This document shows positions 63,294 through 64,000 of a stretch of 64,000 nucleotides of DNA, one piece after another. This stretch comes from an uncultured bacterium. GTDB lineage: Bacteria > Oederibacteriota > Muellerivitia > Muellerivitales > Muellerivitaceae. Position 1 is the first letter of the stretch; each line of letters begins with the position of its first letter. Below the pieces are notes generated by a model, which was given only the letters and a program-made list of their open reading frames with translations, had not been told where the DNA came from and ran no database searches. The position numbers and the translations under genes were made by a program. The stretch covers positions 16,808-80,807 of the forward strand of contig CAYMOV010000004.1 in NCBI GenBank assembly GCA_964392085.1, written 5' to 3'.

Positions 63294-64000
63294 CAGTGCG
63301 CTCCCTTCACGGCGGCTGGTTGATTCATCTTGCAAACCCCCGCCGCGCATTTCTTGTCCTGGATATGCGCCATGTACTCATGGCGGAAGTACCGCAGGGT
63401 GGACAACAGCGGGTTCGGCGCGGTCTGGCCCAAGCCGCAGAGGCTGGCTTCCTTGACCATGACCGCGAGTTCCTCCAAAAGTTCCAGGTCCCGTAGGGAG
63501 GCCCGTCCCTGGCAGATCTTGGTCAGGAGGTCGTACATCTGCTTGGTGCCGGCCCGGCAAGGCACGCATTTGCCGCAGGACTCGTCCATGCAGAATTCCA
63601 TGAAATATCTCGCCACGTCCGGCATGCAACTGGTCTCGTCCATGATGATGAGACCGCCGGACCCCATGATGGTCCCCACGGCCTGGAGCGAGTCGTAATC
63701 CATCTTGGTGTCCAGGTGCTGTTCGGGGATGCAACCGCCCGAGGGACCGCCCGTCTGGGCGGCCTTGAACTTCTTGCCGTCCGGGATCCCACCCCCGATG
63801 TCGAAGATGATCTCACGGAGGCTGATGCCGATCGGCACCTCGATGAGGCCGGTGTTGTTGATCTTTCCCGACAGGGCGAAAACCTTGGTCCCGGTGGCTT
63901 TCGGGGTCCCGATCTCGCTGTACCAGGCCCCGCCCTTCAGGAGGATCGGCGCGATGCTGGCGTAGGTTTCCACGTTGTTGATGAGGGTGGGTTTGCCCCA
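63293..64000 (-). CDS. hoxF: Hox diaphorase NADH/FMN subunit, C-terminal part; runs off the right edge
   Basis: [48 protein letters not shown]. Confidence 0.9.
   Translation of the reverse strand, partial: WGKPTLINNVETYASIAPILLKGGAWYSEIGTPKATGTKVFALSGKINNTGLIEVPIGISLREIIFDIGGGIPDGKKFKAAQTGGPSGGCIPEQHLDTKMDYDSLQAVGTIMGSGGLIIMDETSCMPDVARYFMEFCMDESCGKCVPCRAGTKQMYDLLTKICQGRASLRDLELLEELAVMVKEASLCGLGQTAPNPLLSTLRYFRHEYMAHIQDKKCAAGVCKMNQPAAVKGAH

Noticed and set aside
60624-64000. Selenocysteine or frameshift in the hox genes
   Set aside because: All metal ligands are Cys in continuous frames; no in-frame TGA.
1-64000. CRISPR array, tRNA/rRNA, integrase, transposase or defence genes
   Set aside because: No regularly spaced repeats or diagnostic motifs seen; the repeats are dispersed intergenic elements.

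Overview
High-GC window from a diderm bacterium that I cannot place taxonomically. It holds about 45 CDS and no rRNA, tRNA, CRISPR array or transposase that I could recognise. Left end (1-8 kb): four membrane GT-C-type glycosylation genes, then aroQ, a cupin, a NifA-like sigma54 activator, a degenerate class III cyclase and mutY. From 14 kb to the right edge it is a redox/anaerobiosis block. It contains (i) a porin-cytochrome conduit: MtrA/DmsE-type decaheme, MtrB/PioB-type barrel, CbcL-like 9-heme/cytochrome b, a 12-heme NapC/NirT (ImcH-like) protein and three tandem monoheme cytochromes next to an AhbD-like heme synthase; (ii) hppA and an acetate module (acs, ADP-forming acyl-CoA synthetase, CoA-transferase-GNAT); (iii) a pentaheme/Rieske/cytochrome b-c complex; (iv) a RegB-like sensor, response regulator and Crp/Fnr operon; (v) a CydA-like pair carrying a c-heme; (vi) a group 3d Hox hydrogenase with hyp genes split by PFOR and a DHOD-like flavoprotein. 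Three signals read directly from the DNA stand out. A RTGA-N6-TCAT palindrome sits at class II (about -41.5) distance from a -10 hexamer in eight promoters. A roughly 290-nt structured transcript with attenuator-like alternative pairings lies at 45.5-45.8 kb. Six copies of a MITE with 4-bp target duplications are present, two nested in opposite orientations inside the same REP-like host. Many start codons were moved from the ORF track to the nearest RBS-supported start. All family calls are from motif recognition by eye, not database searches.
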